Of a stretch of DNA of 64,000 nucleotides, positions 36,846 to 50,755 are shown one piece after another (within the stretch, counting starts at the first letter, position 1; each line of letters starts with the position of its first letter). Position numbers and translations under genes: made by a program. The notes below the pieces were generated by a model. It made no database searches. It was given only the letters and a program-made list of their open reading frames with translations, and had not been told where the DNA came from. The DNA comes from Gemmatimonadaceae bacterium. Its GTDB lineage: Bacteria > Gemmatimonadota > Gemmatimonadetes > Gemmatimonadales > Gemmatimonadaceae. Location: the NCBI GenBank assembly GCA_020851455.1, contig JADZCT010000034.1, positions 1,200 to 65,199 of the forward strand, read 5' to 3'.

Positions 36846-38647
36846 AGGCCGTCTATCACCTTCTCGTAGGCGTCCTCGATCACGCGCCGCTTGACCTTGA
36901 GCGTCGGCGTCAGCTCGCCGCGCTCGATCGAGAAGTCGTGCTCGAGCAGCGCGATCTTCTTGGGCGTCTCGAAGCTCGCCAGCCCGGCGAAGTGCTTCGT
37001 CACTTCCTTTTCCATCTTGGCGTGGATCGTCGGCATCTGCAGCAGCTGCGCGCGGTCGGTCCAGATGATGTTGTGCCTGGCGGCCCACTTCTCGAGCTGG
37101 TCCCAGTTGGGGACGACCAGAATGGCCGGGAACTTCCGCTTGTCGCCCACCACCACAGCCTGGCTGACGTACTTGTTCGTCCTGACGGCATTCTCTATCG
37201 GCTGCGGCGCGACGTACTTGCCGCCGGCGGTCTTGATGAGGTCCTTCTTGCGGTCGGTGATCCGGAGGTACCCGTCCTCGATCACGCCGATGTCGCCCGT
37301 GCGGAACCACCCGTCAGCGTCAATCGCCTCCGCCGTGGCACCCGGATTGTTGAAGTACCCCTTCGTCACGTGCGGCCCGCGGGTGAGGATCTCGCCGTCG
37401 CCCGCGATTGCGACCTCGACGCCAGGCACTGGCTTGCCCACGGTACCGATGCGGAACGCGGCCGGCGTGTTCACGCAGATCACGGGAGACGTCTCCGTGA
37501 GCCCGTACCCTTCGAGAATGACCAGCCCCGCGGAGTAGAAGAAGCGGTTTATGTCGGGCGAGAGCGGCGCACCGCCCGACACGAAGAAGCGCAGCCGGCC
37601 GCCCACGCGCGCCCGCAGCTTCGAGAATACGAGACGCTGAGCGATGCGGTAGGCGATTGACGTGAGCAGGGACGGGGAGCGGCCGGCCAGTCGTGCTGTG
37701 GCCCAGCGGTCAGCCACGCCGCGCGCCCAGAAGAAGATCCGCTTCCTCAGTCCGCCGCCCGCGAGCGCATTCTCCAGCACGCGCGCGTACATCTTCTCGT
37801 ACAGGCGCGGCACCGAGAAGGCAATCGTCGGCCGCACCTCCGAGAGGTTCAGCGGCACCGCGTCGAACGACTCTGCGTATGCGATGGATGTCCCCGTCGC
37901 CACGAACAGATAGTCGCCCATGCGCTCGAATACGTGCGTGAGCGGAAGGAACGACAGTGCCACGTCAGTGCCGTCGAACGGGATGCACGAAGCCCCCGCG
38001 CCCACGTTCGAGAAGAAGTTGTCGTGGGTCAGCATGACACCCTTGGGGAGCCCCGTCGTCCCGGACGTGTAGATGATCGTCGCCATGTCGTCGGGCTGCA
38101 CGGTGAGTGCGGCGGCGCGCCATTTCGCCGCCGCGTCCGCGCCGTCGGCTGCCTTCCCGCGCCGCTCCAACTCGGCAAATGTCAGGTCGGCGCCGGCGCC
38201 CACGGCGGTGTCGAACGTGACAACGTGTGAGACCGCAGGCACCTCACCGCGGATCGCCGCGATCTTCGCCGCCTGGTCGGGGTTCGACACGAACACCACC
38301 TTCGTCCCGGAGTCGGCGAGCAGGTGCGTGATCTGCTCGGCCGGCAGCGAAGGATAGATCGGGACGTCAATGATGCGGCCTGTGAGGCAGGCCCAGTCCA
38401 CAAACGCCCATTCCGGCCGGTTCTCCGACAGGATCGCGACCCGGTCGCCTGGCTCCAACCCCAGTCCAGGCAGCGCGAGCGATACCCTTCTGACGCGATC
38501 CAGCACCTCTTCGTGCGATATCGCGCGCCACTTGCCGCCCTGCTTCACCTGGTACATCGCCGCGAGCCGATGACGCTCGATGGCGGAGAAGAACAGCTCG
38601 TTCAGCGTTCCGCGCGCCGGCCTGGGCCCACCGCTCACCACGTCCAT
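36806..38647 (-). CDS. long-chain acyl-CoA synthetase (AMP-forming)
   Basis: Trimmed to the ATG at 38647. AMP-binding motif IIYTSGTTGLPKGV, plus GYGLTETS and TGDIG...DRKKDLIK. Confidence 0.9.
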   Translation of the reverse strand: MDVVSGGPRPARGTLNELFFSAIERHRLAAMYQVKQGGKWRAISHEEVLDRVRRVSLALPGLGLEPGDRVAILSENRPEWAFVDWACLTGRIIDVPIYPSLPAEQITHLLADSGTKVVFVSNPDQAAKIAAIRGEVPAVSHVVTFDTAVGAGADLTFAELERRGKAADGADAAAKWRAAALTVQPDDMATIIYTSGTTGLPKGVMLTHDNFFSNVGAGASCIPFDGTDVALSFLPLTHVFERMGDYLFVATGTSIAYAESFDAVPLNLSEVRPTIAFSVPRLYEKMYARVLENALAGGGLRKRIFFWARGVADRWATARLAGRSPSLLTSIAYRIAQRLVFSKLRARVGGRLRFFVSGGAPLSPDINRFFYSAGLVILEGYGLTETSPVICVNTPAAFRIGTVGKPVPGVEVAIAGDGEILTRGPHVTKGYFNNPGATAEAIDADGWFRTGDIGVIEDGYLRITDRKKDLIKTAGGKYVAPQPIENAVRTNKYVSQAVVVGDKRKFPAILVVPNWDQLEKWAARHNIIWTDRAQLLQMPTIHAKMEKEVTKHFAGLASFETPKKIALLEHDFSIERGELTPTLKVKRRVIEDAYEKVIDGLYVEDPGARSATH

Positions 38648-38708
38648 GCAACGCCTCCGCGTCACGTGCAGGCGCGGGCGCCCCCTGCAGGCACGCGCGC
38701 CACGATGG

Positions 38709-39509
38709 CTACTGCTTCGGTCTCAACAAGATTACGAAGCGGAGCGGGCTGCCGCGAACTTGCGCCCCGCGGTAGCGAACGGTGGCAAGCACCGTCACCG
38801 AGTCCACGGCGGCTGCCGTGATCCCTATCGGCCGCACCCGCAGGCGGCGCGAAGCGGTGCCGTCCGCGCCCGTGGTGTCGAGCTGCGAACGCTGCGTGCC
38901 GTTGCTCGTGAGGAACACCACCGACGTGTCGCCCGGGGCCACGACCGCGCCGCGAAAGACCGCCTGGAACGACACCCGCCAGCCCTGCGTGGCCGTGATC
39001 CCGCCGGCCGTATCGTACGTTACCACCCGTGCCGCGAGCTCGATTGACGAGTTCACCGCCGGATTGTCTGGCAGGACGTAGTCCACCGTGTCGCGCGCTG
39101 CGGCGGCGAAGGCAACCGTGTCCGGCCGCCGGGCGATCAGAAGGGTGATGGGCCTCGTCTGGACGCCGCCCGCACTCGCCATCAGCCGCACCGAGCCCGA
39201 CCTGATCTGGGCCGTGAGGATCCCGCCCGCGGCAATCGTCACGCCCGTGTCGAGTGCGATGTACTGGATGGGCGCGCCGGCGATCGGCGTTCCAGTCCCG
39301 TCAAACGCCACGGCGCCGAGCGACGCAGCGAGGCCAAGGGAGTCGCGCAGCGTGTCGCCAGCGACCACCGCAGGCGACGGAAGCGCGTCGAATTGCAGCG
39401 AAGCTACGTGCGCAGGGCTCGTGCTGATCTCGGTGCAGCCTGCAACCCCCGCCGCCACCGTGAGCGCCCACGCCGCGAGCGCGCGCGCGGCGCGCGCTCG
39501 CGACTTCAT
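38709..39509 (-). CDS. lipoprotein with Ig-like (Big_2-like) repeats
   Basis: Lipobox VAGC after a signal peptide. Two beta-rich modules with a Big_2-like pattern. The start overlaps the parA-like stop (ATGA). Confidence 0.6.
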   Translation of the reverse strand: MKSRARAARALAAWALTVAAGVAGCTEISTSPAHVASLQFDALPSPAVVAGDTLRDSLGLAASLGAVAFDGTGTPIAGAPIQYIALDTGVTIAAGGILTAQIRSGSVRLMASAGGVQTRPITLLIARRPDTVAFAAAARDTVDYVLPDNPAVNSSIELAARVVTYDTAGGITATQGWRVSFQAVFRGAVVAPGDTSVVFLTSNGTQRSQLDTTGADGTASRRLRVRPIGITAAAVDSVTVLATVRYRGAQVRGSPLRFVILLRPKQ

Positions 39510-40276
39510 TCGACGAACCGCTCCGCCAGTCTCGTGGCGAGGTTCACGTAGGCCTGCGCGGCCGGGTCCGCCGGCGTGCGCACCACGACGGGCTGCCCGG
39601 CCGCGAACGCGTCGCTCACCGCGCTGCTCCGCGGGATCATCAGGTCGAACACGAGGTTGGCCGGCACGTTCGCTCTCACGTACTTCACGGTGCGCTCGCA
39701 GGCGGGGTTCCCCGCCTCGTACATCGTCAGGAGGATGCCATCGAAGGTGAGCCGCTTCTGCTTCGCCACGATGTCCTGGATCCCGCGGAAGATCTGCGGC
39801 GTCGTCTGGAGCACGAGCGGCTCGGCCTGGAGGGGCACGAGCACGCGATCGCTCGACGCCAGCGCCCTTCGCGTGATCGCGCCGAGCCCCGGCGGCGTGT
39901 CAACCACCACGATGTCGCAACGCTCGGCGGCTGTGGCCAGCATCGCAGGGAGCAGGTCGCCCTGCGCGATCGTGTTCGCGTAGTCGGTGTGATCGGCATC
40001 CTCGGCCACGGAGCCCACGAGCATCACGCGCAGCCAGGGAAGCGCGGTGGGCAGGATGACGTCGCGCAGCGGCCGCGCGCCGCTCATGTAGTCCGCAAAC
40101 CCGTGGGTCGGGTGCCCCTTCCGAAGACCCGCGCCAAACCGGACCGACCCCTGCGGGTCAACGTCCACCACCAACGTCTTCAGCCCGCGGCGCGCAAAGG
40201 CGGCGCCGAGGTTCACGGCTGTCGTCGTCTTGCCCACGCCGCCCTTCTGGCTCACGATCGCAAGAATGCGTCCCAA
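39506..40276 (-). CDS. ParA/Soj-family ATPase (orphan, no ParB nearby)
   Basis: Deviant Walker A SQKGGVGKTTTAVNLG, then VDVDPQGS and VVDTPPG. Confidence 0.9.
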   Translation of the reverse strand: MGRILAIVSQKGGVGKTTTAVNLGAAFARRGLKTLVVDVDPQGSVRFGAGLRKGHPTHGFADYMSGARPLRDVILPTALPWLRVMLVGSVAEDADHTDYANTIAQGDLLPAMLATAAERCDIVVVDTPPGLGAITRRALASSDRVLVPLQAEPLVLQTTPQIFRGIQDIVAKQKRLTFDGILLTMYEAGNPACERTVKYVRANVPANLVFDLMIPRSSAVSDAFAAGQPVVVRTPADPAAQAYVNLATRLAERFVE

Positions 40277-40279
40277 CGC

Positions 40280-40735
40280 TCAACTCTCCTGGGGCGGCTC
40301 TGGTTGTTCCGCCTGGCTGGTAATCTGCTCCAGTGTCGCCTTGGCGTGTGTAACCCAGCGGTTCGCGTCTTCTCCCGTGGGCGGGTGGGCCAGGACTGCC
40401 TGCAGGTGCTTCACTCCGCCGTTCACGTCGCCGCGCTTGAGCAGGAGGAATGCCAGCCCGTAGTGCGCGCCGGCAAGCATGGGGTCGAGCTCGATCGCCT
40501 TGCGATAGGCGCGCACGGCTTCGTCCTGCCGGCCAGTGCGGGAGAATGCGATCGCCATGTTCTGGAGCACGCGAAGGTCGTTCGGGTTGTCGCGCAGGGC
40601 GAGCCGGTACGAAGTCAGGGCGGCGTCGTAGTCGCCCTGGCGTTCCAGCACCAGCGCCTCGTTCAGGTAGTCGAGGCGCTGCGCCTTGGCGTCAGTCTTC
40701 GGTCTCCCGCCGAGCAGGCGGCTCAACCACGACAT
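40280..40735 (-). CDS. TPR-repeat protein
   Basis: Trimmed to the ATG at 40735 (MSWLSRLLGG). Three to four TPR units (ALTSYRLALRDNPND, AVRAYRKAIELDP, AHYGLAFLLLKRGD). Confidence 0.75.
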   Translation of the reverse strand: MSWLSRLLGGRPKTDAKAQRLDYLNEALVLERQGDYDAALTSYRLALRDNPNDLRVLQNMAIAFSRTGRQDEAVRAYRKAIELDPMLAGAHYGLAFLLLKRGDVNGGVKHLQAVLAHPPTGEDANRWVTHAKATLEQITSQAEQPEPPQES

Positions 40736-40884
40736 GCAGTGCTCCCGGCCGGGTAACGCGCTCCTAACATCGGATGGCACAAGCTATTGCCGCAGCATGA
40801 CTTGGGCAACCGAGGTATCGTGGGCGACGCGCAGCGGGTAGCTTGCGTCCAGAGGGTCCGCCACCTTCGCCCCCCGAGAGCCAC

Positions 40885-41403
40885 ATGCCGCGCAGCCCGA
40901 TAGCAGGCACGCCAGCCACCCGTGAATTCTTCCACCTCGACTGGCCTCTCTTCGGGGAGCTTTCCCGGGCCCTCGCGCTCAAGGTTGCCCGCGAATTCGA
41001 TCCCGACGTGGTGGTGGGCATCGCCACGGCCGGAGTCGTGCCGGGAGCGGTAGTGGCTGCCATCCTCGACCGCCCGTTCCGCTCGATGATCGTGAGCCGC
41101 CGCCACATGGCCAGGACCGTGCGCGCGACACCGGCCGTCTTGGGCGAGGCGCCCGTGGAGGCGCGCAACGCGAAGGTGCTCGTCGTTGACGAAACATGCG
41201 ACTCGGGCGACACCATGCGCCTCGCGGTGGCAGCGCTGGTGAACGCGGGTGCGCGCGACGTTCGAACGGCCGTGGCCATCCGCACTGGCGCCTACGAAGC
41301 GCACTACGCCGCGCTCGAGACGCCCGCGACGGTCGTCCTCCCGTGGGATCGCGAGATCCTCGTAAACGGTGCGCTCGTCCCGAATCCGAAGTACGGCGCC
41401 TGA
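40885..41403 (+). CDS. phosphoribosyltransferase (purine PRTase-like)
   Basis: Trimmed to the ATG at 40885. PRPP-binding motif VLVVDETCDSGDTM preceded by VVGIATAGVVPGAVVA. Confidence 0.8.
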   Translation: MPRSPIAGTPATREFFHLDWPLFGELSRALALKVAREFDPDVVVGIATAGVVPGAVVAAILDRPFRSMIVSRRHMARTVRATPAVLGEAPVEARNAKVLVVDETCDSGDTMRLAVAALVNAGARDVRTAVAIRTGAYEAHYAALETPATVVLPWDREILVNGALVPNPKYGA

Positions 41404-41416
41404 TTCCCGACCGCCC

Positions 41417-41962
41417 TCAGCGGAGGGCGGCCGCCGCGGTCTCGTACGGCTCTCCCGCGGCCATCCGGTCGTAGAGATACCCCATCACGTCGGCGCTCCC
41501 CACGAGGAACCGGCAGCGCGGGCTGCCGGACGAGCGGCACTCGACTTCGAGAACGGCCAGCGGCGCGGTTGCCGTGCGACCGAAGAAATCCGCGAACAAT
41601 CCGGTCGTGTAGTGGCAGGCGGGATACGGCATCCCCGTGGCGGGGTCTGCCTCGGCCCAGTCGGCGGAATCAACCATTGCGATCACGTCGCCGACCGGCG
41701 TGATCGTCAGGCTTCCCCAGCCCGCATCCCGGAAGAACTCGGCTCCCCGGCTCTGGAACTCATCGAGGTCGAGCGTCTCGATATCCTCGCCCTTCGCATC
41801 CAGCCATGAACGGAACGCAGCGTACACGGATTCCCCGCCCCCGTAGCCCGCTTCCTGCAGGTACGTCGCGAACGCGCCCCCAGTATCACGAACGAGAGCC
41901 GCGCGAAGGGCCGCCAGTGACCTGACGGGGAATGCCAGACAGTTTGCGGCTTTCAGGTCCAT
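41417..41962 (-). CDS. V4R-domain protein
   Basis: 181 aa. The C-terminus CHYTTGLFADFFGR...EVECRSSGSPRCRF matches the V4R (4-vinyl reductase) small-molecule-binding domain pattern. Confidence 0.6.
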   Translation of the reverse strand: MDLKAANCLAFPVRSLAALRAALVRDTGGAFATYLQEAGYGGGESVYAAFRSWLDAKGEDIETLDLDEFQSRGAEFFRDAGWGSLTITPVGDVIAMVDSADWAEADPATGMPYPACHYTTGLFADFFGRTATAPLAVLEVECRSSGSPRCRFLVGSADVMGYLYDRMAAGEPYETAAAALR

Positions 41963-42013
41963 GGTGTGCGCTGGGTGGGGTTGGTTGAAGCTATGATGGG
42001 CAGCCGCCGGGTG

Positions 42014-44909
<2,896 letters not shown>

Positions 44910-45073
44910 ACGGGTGGCGTACCCCTGAAAGGGTGGAGGCGGTGGGCGTTGCAGTCCTTCGCCGGCGGCAGCGGTGCGTGCGCTAAGTTCAACCCACGGT
45001 ACATGATGCGGTGCAATCCGGTGACGCCGATCCTTGGGATGCTGAACGTAGGCCAACCGCTTGGCCGCGGTCA

Positions 45074-46402
45074 ATGACGCTTCGCGACCTGATCGCCCGC
45101 AAGCGCGACGGCGGCGCCTTGACGGACGCCGAATGGACCTTCGTGGCCCGGGGGGTGGCTGTGGGCACATTCCCGGATTACCAGGTCTCGGCGTTGCTCA
45201 TGGCCTGCTTCATCCGCGGGATGGACGCCGCCGAGACCGCTGGGCTGACTGCCGCGATGCTTCGTAGCGGGCGGACGCTGGGGCTTAGCCACCTCCCGGC
45301 CCGCGTTGACAAGCACTCCACCGGCGGCGTCGGCGACAAGGTTTCGCTGGTGCTCGCCCCGCTCGTAGCCGCCTGCGGCGTTGCCGTGCCGATGATCTCC
45401 GGCCGAGGGCTCGGACACACCGGCGGCACGCTGGACAAGCTCGAATCGATACCGGGATTTCGCACGCGGCTTACGATCGAGGAGGCCGAGCGGCAGGTGG
45501 CGCGAATCGGGTGCGTCATGATGGGGCAGACCAGCGAGATCGCGCCGGCGGACCGCAAGCTCTACGCCCTGCGCGACGCCACGGCCACCGTGCCCGCAAT
45601 GCCGCTCATCGCCGCCTCGATCATGAGCAAGAAGCTCGCCGAGGACCTGACCGGGCTGGTGCTCGACATCAAGACCGGCGCTGGCGCCTTCCTCACGGCG
45701 CTCGATGACGAGATCGCACTCGCGCGACGGATGGTCGAACTCGGCGAATCCCACGGTTGCCCGGTGGTGGCGATCCTGTCGCGCATGGACTCGCCGCTTG
45801 GACGTGAGTGCGGGAACGCCAACGAGGTCGAGGAGGCCGTCGCGGTGCTGCGTGGCGGAGGACCCTCCGACGTGCGCGAGCTTTCCGTTCGGCTCGGCGC
45901 GGAAATGCTGGTACTCGGCCGCGCCGACAACGACGTCGCGGCTGCCACCCGGCGGATCGAGGCCGCGCTCGCGTCTGGCGCAGCCCTTGAACGGTTCCGT
46001 GAGCTTGTCGTGGCGCAGGGCGGCGACCCCGCCGTGTGCGACACGCCATGGCGTGTGCTCCCGCAGCCCGCGTTCCGGGAAGCGTACCGTGCGCGGCGCG
46101 ACGGAATCGTGCACCGCGTTGACGCTCTCGCCATCGGCCGCGGCATCACCGCGCTGGGCGGCGGGCGCGCAACTATGGAAGACGCGCTCGATTACGCTGC
46201 CGGTTTCAGCGTGTGCGTCGCACCCGGCCACACGGTGCGGCGCGGCGACGTGCTTGCCGAGGTTCTCTGCGAAGACCAGGGGTGGATGGGCGCGGGCGTC
46301 GCCGCGCTCGATGAAGCAATCGTCATTGGCGACGCCCCGATTGCCGTCCCGCCACTCCTCTCGCACCGCGTCACGGCCAGCGGGGTGGAACGCCTCGACT
46401 GA
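45074..46402 (+). CDS. thymidine/pyrimidine-nucleoside phosphorylase
   Basis: Trimmed to the ATG at 45074 (MTLRDLIARKRDG). Motifs DKHSTGGVGDKVSL and SGRGLGHTGGTLDKLES. Confidence 0.92.
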   Translation: MTLRDLIARKRDGGALTDAEWTFVARGVAVGTFPDYQVSALLMACFIRGMDAAETAGLTAAMLRSGRTLGLSHLPARVDKHSTGGVGDKVSLVLAPLVAACGVAVPMISGRGLGHTGGTLDKLESIPGFRTRLTIEEAERQVARIGCVMMGQTSEIAPADRKLYALRDATATVPAMPLIAASIMSKKLAEDLTGLVLDIKTGAGAFLTALDDEIALARRMVELGESHGCPVVAILSRMDSPLGRECGNANEVEEAVAVLRGGGPSDVRELSVRLGAEMLVLGRADNDVAAATRRIEAALASGAALERFRELVVAQGGDPAVCDTPWRVLPQPAFREAYRARRDGIVHRVDALAIGRGITALGGGRATMEDALDYAAGFSVCVAPGHTVRRGDVLAEVLCEDQGWMGAGVAALDEAIVIGDAPIAVPPLLSHRVTASGVERLD

Positions 46403-46522
46403 CCGCCAGCGCCGCCGCGGACCCGCGCCGGCCGGAGCGCGGGGCAGGCCGGCGCACCCTGGTTTGCGCGATTGCCGCACTGTCCCGCATCTTTCACCGT
46501 ACTTCCAACCGCCATACCGATC

Positions 46523-46783
46523 ATGCCCGAACGTTTCGTCAGGATCGCATCGCGGGCCGCCATCTCCACGGGCCCGATTGCAGCGCTGGTGTGGCTGCTC
46601 CTCATCTACATCGGCCACCCGACACCCACCGGCGGCGCGCCGGGGAACGGCGGCGGAATAGACGCAATCAACTGGTGGATCCTCATCTTCTCGTCAGCTG
46701 TCCCGCTCGGTCTGGCTGCGGCGTGGCACATTTCGTTCGGGAAGCTGCTCAAGCACGGCAAGAATACCTGCCCCGGTGTCTGA
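46523..46783 (+). CDS. small membrane protein, function unknown
   Basis: ATG at 46523. Two hydrophobic segments (IAALVWLLLIYI, WWILIFSSAVPLGLAAAW). No recognisable family. Confidence 0.4.
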   Translation: MPERFVRIASRAAISTGPIAALVWLLLIYIGHPTPTGGAPGNGGGIDAINWWILIFSSAVPLGLAAAWHISFGKLLKHGKNTCPGV

Positions 46784-46909
46784 CGCACGCGACGCATGAC
46801 GAGCGGGGCGGCCTGAACGGTCGCCCCGCTTTTTGTCAGGACCGGCGTCACCGACGAGCCGCGATGCGCGCGTCGCGCGGTCGCCGCGCTCCCCGGCGCC
46901 TGCGGGCCG

Positions 46910-46939
46910 TTGACATATCAACAAGAGTTGATGTATTCT
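46910..46939 (+). promoter_or_regulatory. putative sigma70-like promoter with embedded ArsR-type operator palindrome
   Basis: TTGACA (46910-46915), an 18-nt spacer, then TATTCT (46934-46939). The spacer holds the imperfect palindrome ATATCAAC-aaga-GTTGATGT (46915-46934). The arsR ATG lies 7 nt after the -10 element. Confidence 0.4.
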
Positions 46940-46945
46940 CCACCC

Positions 46946-47296
46946 ATGGCCGCTCCTGCCGTCCACCAGGTCCGCGCTGCGCAGCTCTTCCATGCGCTGT
47001 CCGACGAGACGCGCCTCGGCATCATCGAGATGCTCCGCGGCGGAGAGCGGTGCGTCTGCGACCTGCAGGCTGATCTCGACGCGGCCCAGAGCCGCCTCTC
47101 CTTCCACCTCAGGGTGCTGAAGGAGGCGGGCCTCATCGTGGACCGGCGCGATGGACGCTGGTCTTACTACAGCATTGTGCCGGAAGCGCTGGCGGAGGCG
47201 CACGACATGGCCGTTGCGCTGCTGCCTGAGAAGGGTGTCTTGCCAGCGGCGGTGGGCGCGTCCTGCTGCCGCCGGCCAACCACGAGGTTACCATGA
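46946..47296 (+). CDS. arsR: ArsR/SmtB-family metalloregulator
   Basis: Trimmed to the ATG at 46946. HTH LFHALSDETRLGIIEMLRGGERCVCDL with the CVC metalloid site, plus SFHLRVLKEAGLI. Confidence 0.88.
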   Translation: MAAPAVHQVRAAQLFHALSDETRLGIIEMLRGGERCVCDLQADLDAAQSRLSFHLRVLKEAGLIVDRRDGRWSYYSIVPEALAEAHDMAVALLPEKGVLPAAVGASCCRRPTTRLP

Positions 47297-48282
47297 GCAC
47301 CGAGTCGAGGCAGGAGACGGTCAATCCCACGATGGGTCCCGCGACGCTCGATGGGATTCGGGCGGTGGTGCAGGCGCGCTACGGCGCCACAGCAAAGGCG
47401 GTCGCAGAAGGCGCGGGCGCGGCGGCGTGTTGCGCGCCTGCCGGCGAGTCGAGCGGGTGCTGCGGCGCCACCAGCGAGACTTGGGACCCGATCACGGCGG
47501 ACCTCTACGACGCTGGCGAGACGGCGGGGCTCCCCACCGAGGCGCTCCTCGCTTCCCTCGGTTGCGGCAACCCGACTGCGCTCGCAGAGCTGCATGAGGG
47601 CGAGGTCGTTCTCGACCTCGGCTCCGGCGGCGGCATTGACGTCCTCCTTTCGGCGAAGCGTGTCGGGCCCACCGGAAAGGCGTATGGCCTCGACATGACG
47701 GACGAGATGCTGGAACTCGCGCAGGCGAACAAGGAGCGGGCGGGCGCAACGAACGTCGAGTTCCTGCGCGGCCATATAGAGAGTATCCCGCTGCCGTCGA
47801 ACACGGTTGACGTCATCATCTCGAACTGCGTCATCAACCTCTCGGGTGACAAACCTCGGGTGCTGAAGGAGGCCTTCCGCGTCCTCAGGCCCGGGGGCCG
47901 TTTCGCTGTGAGCGATGTCGTCACCCGCGCCGGGCTCCCTCAGCCGGTCAGGGAGAGCATGGCACTGTGGACTGGGTGCGTGTCCGGCGCACTCGACGAG
48001 CAGGAGTTCATAGATCTGCTCAGGGACGTCGGGTTCGAGAACCCGGGTATCGAGCCGACGCGCATTTACACGCGCGACGATGCGGCGGCGCTGCTTCGGG
48101 GGACGGGGCTGGACGAGACCCTCGCCGACCAGGTTGAGGGGCGGATCATGAGCGGCTTCGTGCGGGCCACCAAGCCCGGCGGCGCGCCACGAGCGACGAA
48201 GCCCGTCCGTCAGCTCGCCAGCCTCGGCGCGGCAAACGCGGCGACCCGCGGCTGCGGCTGCGACGACCGCTGCTGTACCTGA
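47293..48282 (+). CDS. arsM: arsenite S-adenosylmethionine methyltransferase
   Basis: The start overlaps the arsR stop (ATGA). Cys-rich N-terminus ([15 protein letters not shown]), SAM motif [12 protein letters not shown], and the conserved GCGNP and NCVINL segments. Confidence 0.87.
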   Translation: MSTESRQETVNPTMGPATLDGIRAVVQARYGATAKAVAEGAGAAACCAPAGESSGCCGATSETWDPITADLYDAGETAGLPTEALLASLGCGNPTALAELHEGEVVLDLGSGGGIDVLLSAKRVGPTGKAYGLDMTDEMLELAQANKERAGATNVEFLRGHIESIPLPSNTVDVIISNCVINLSGDKPRVLKEAFRVLRPGGRFAVSDVVTRAGLPQPVRESMALWTGCVSGALDEQEFIDLLRDVGFENPGIEPTRIYTRDDAAALLRGTGLDETLADQVEGRIMSGFVRATKPGGAPRATKPVRQLASLGAANAATRGCGCDDRCCT

Positions 48283-48300
48283 CCGGACGGGGGGCCATGG

Positions 48301-48319
48301 CGGCGGCAATCGCCGTTTT
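48301..48319 (+). terminator. weak intrinsic-terminator-like hairpin after arsM
   Basis: CGGCG-gcaat-CGCCG followed by TTTT. The stem is only 5 bp. Confidence 0.3.
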
Positions 48320-48351
48320 CATGACTGCGCTGCCTGGCCCGTCGCTTCGGA

Positions 48352-50382
<2,031 letters not shown>

Positions 50383-50446
50383 TTAACGCGTCAACCATAG
50401 AGGCGCAATAGCGGCGCAACGCTGCAACCGCTTGCCGATCAACAAC

Positions 50447-50755
50447 TTATCGGCGCATCCCCCACCTGATCTTCCGCACAGGGTCGGCGCCCTCACGCGC
50501 GTTGATCCGCGCCAGCAGATGCACTTCCATCATGGACAGCTCCGTCATCCACTGCGGCGATGAAACGTCCACGAACAGGGTGCCATCGCGCGTGATTCGC
50601 TGTGGGGTCGTCACCGTCGCGATCTGCGGGCCAACGATCTCCGCCCACTCGGCGAGCACGGATGTCCGGCGCAGCGACGCATCGAGTCCGCTCTTCTTGA
50701 GGAAGCTCGCCATCGCCTCTCCGATCGAGGCTGCCGTTTCCTTACGGTCGGCCAC
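50447..50755 (-). CDS. DUF721 (DciA-like) protein
   Basis: 102 aa. The segment WAEIVGPQIATVTTPQRITRDGTLFVDVSSPQWMTELSMM matches the DUF721 pattern. It sits in the classic position between recF and gyrB. Confidence 0.8.
   Translation of the reverse strand: MADRKETAASIGEAMASFLKKSGLDASLRRTSVLAEWAEIVGPQIATVTTPQRITRDGTLFVDVSSPQWMTELSMMEVHLLARINAREGADPVRKIRWGMRR

Noticed and set aside
35855-37660. 601-aa plus-strand ORF spanning the folE 3' end, the hypothetical gene and the acyl-CoA synthetase region
   Set aside because: It is in an alternate frame or antisense to three better-supported genes. The product is R/A/P/G-rich low-complexity sequence.
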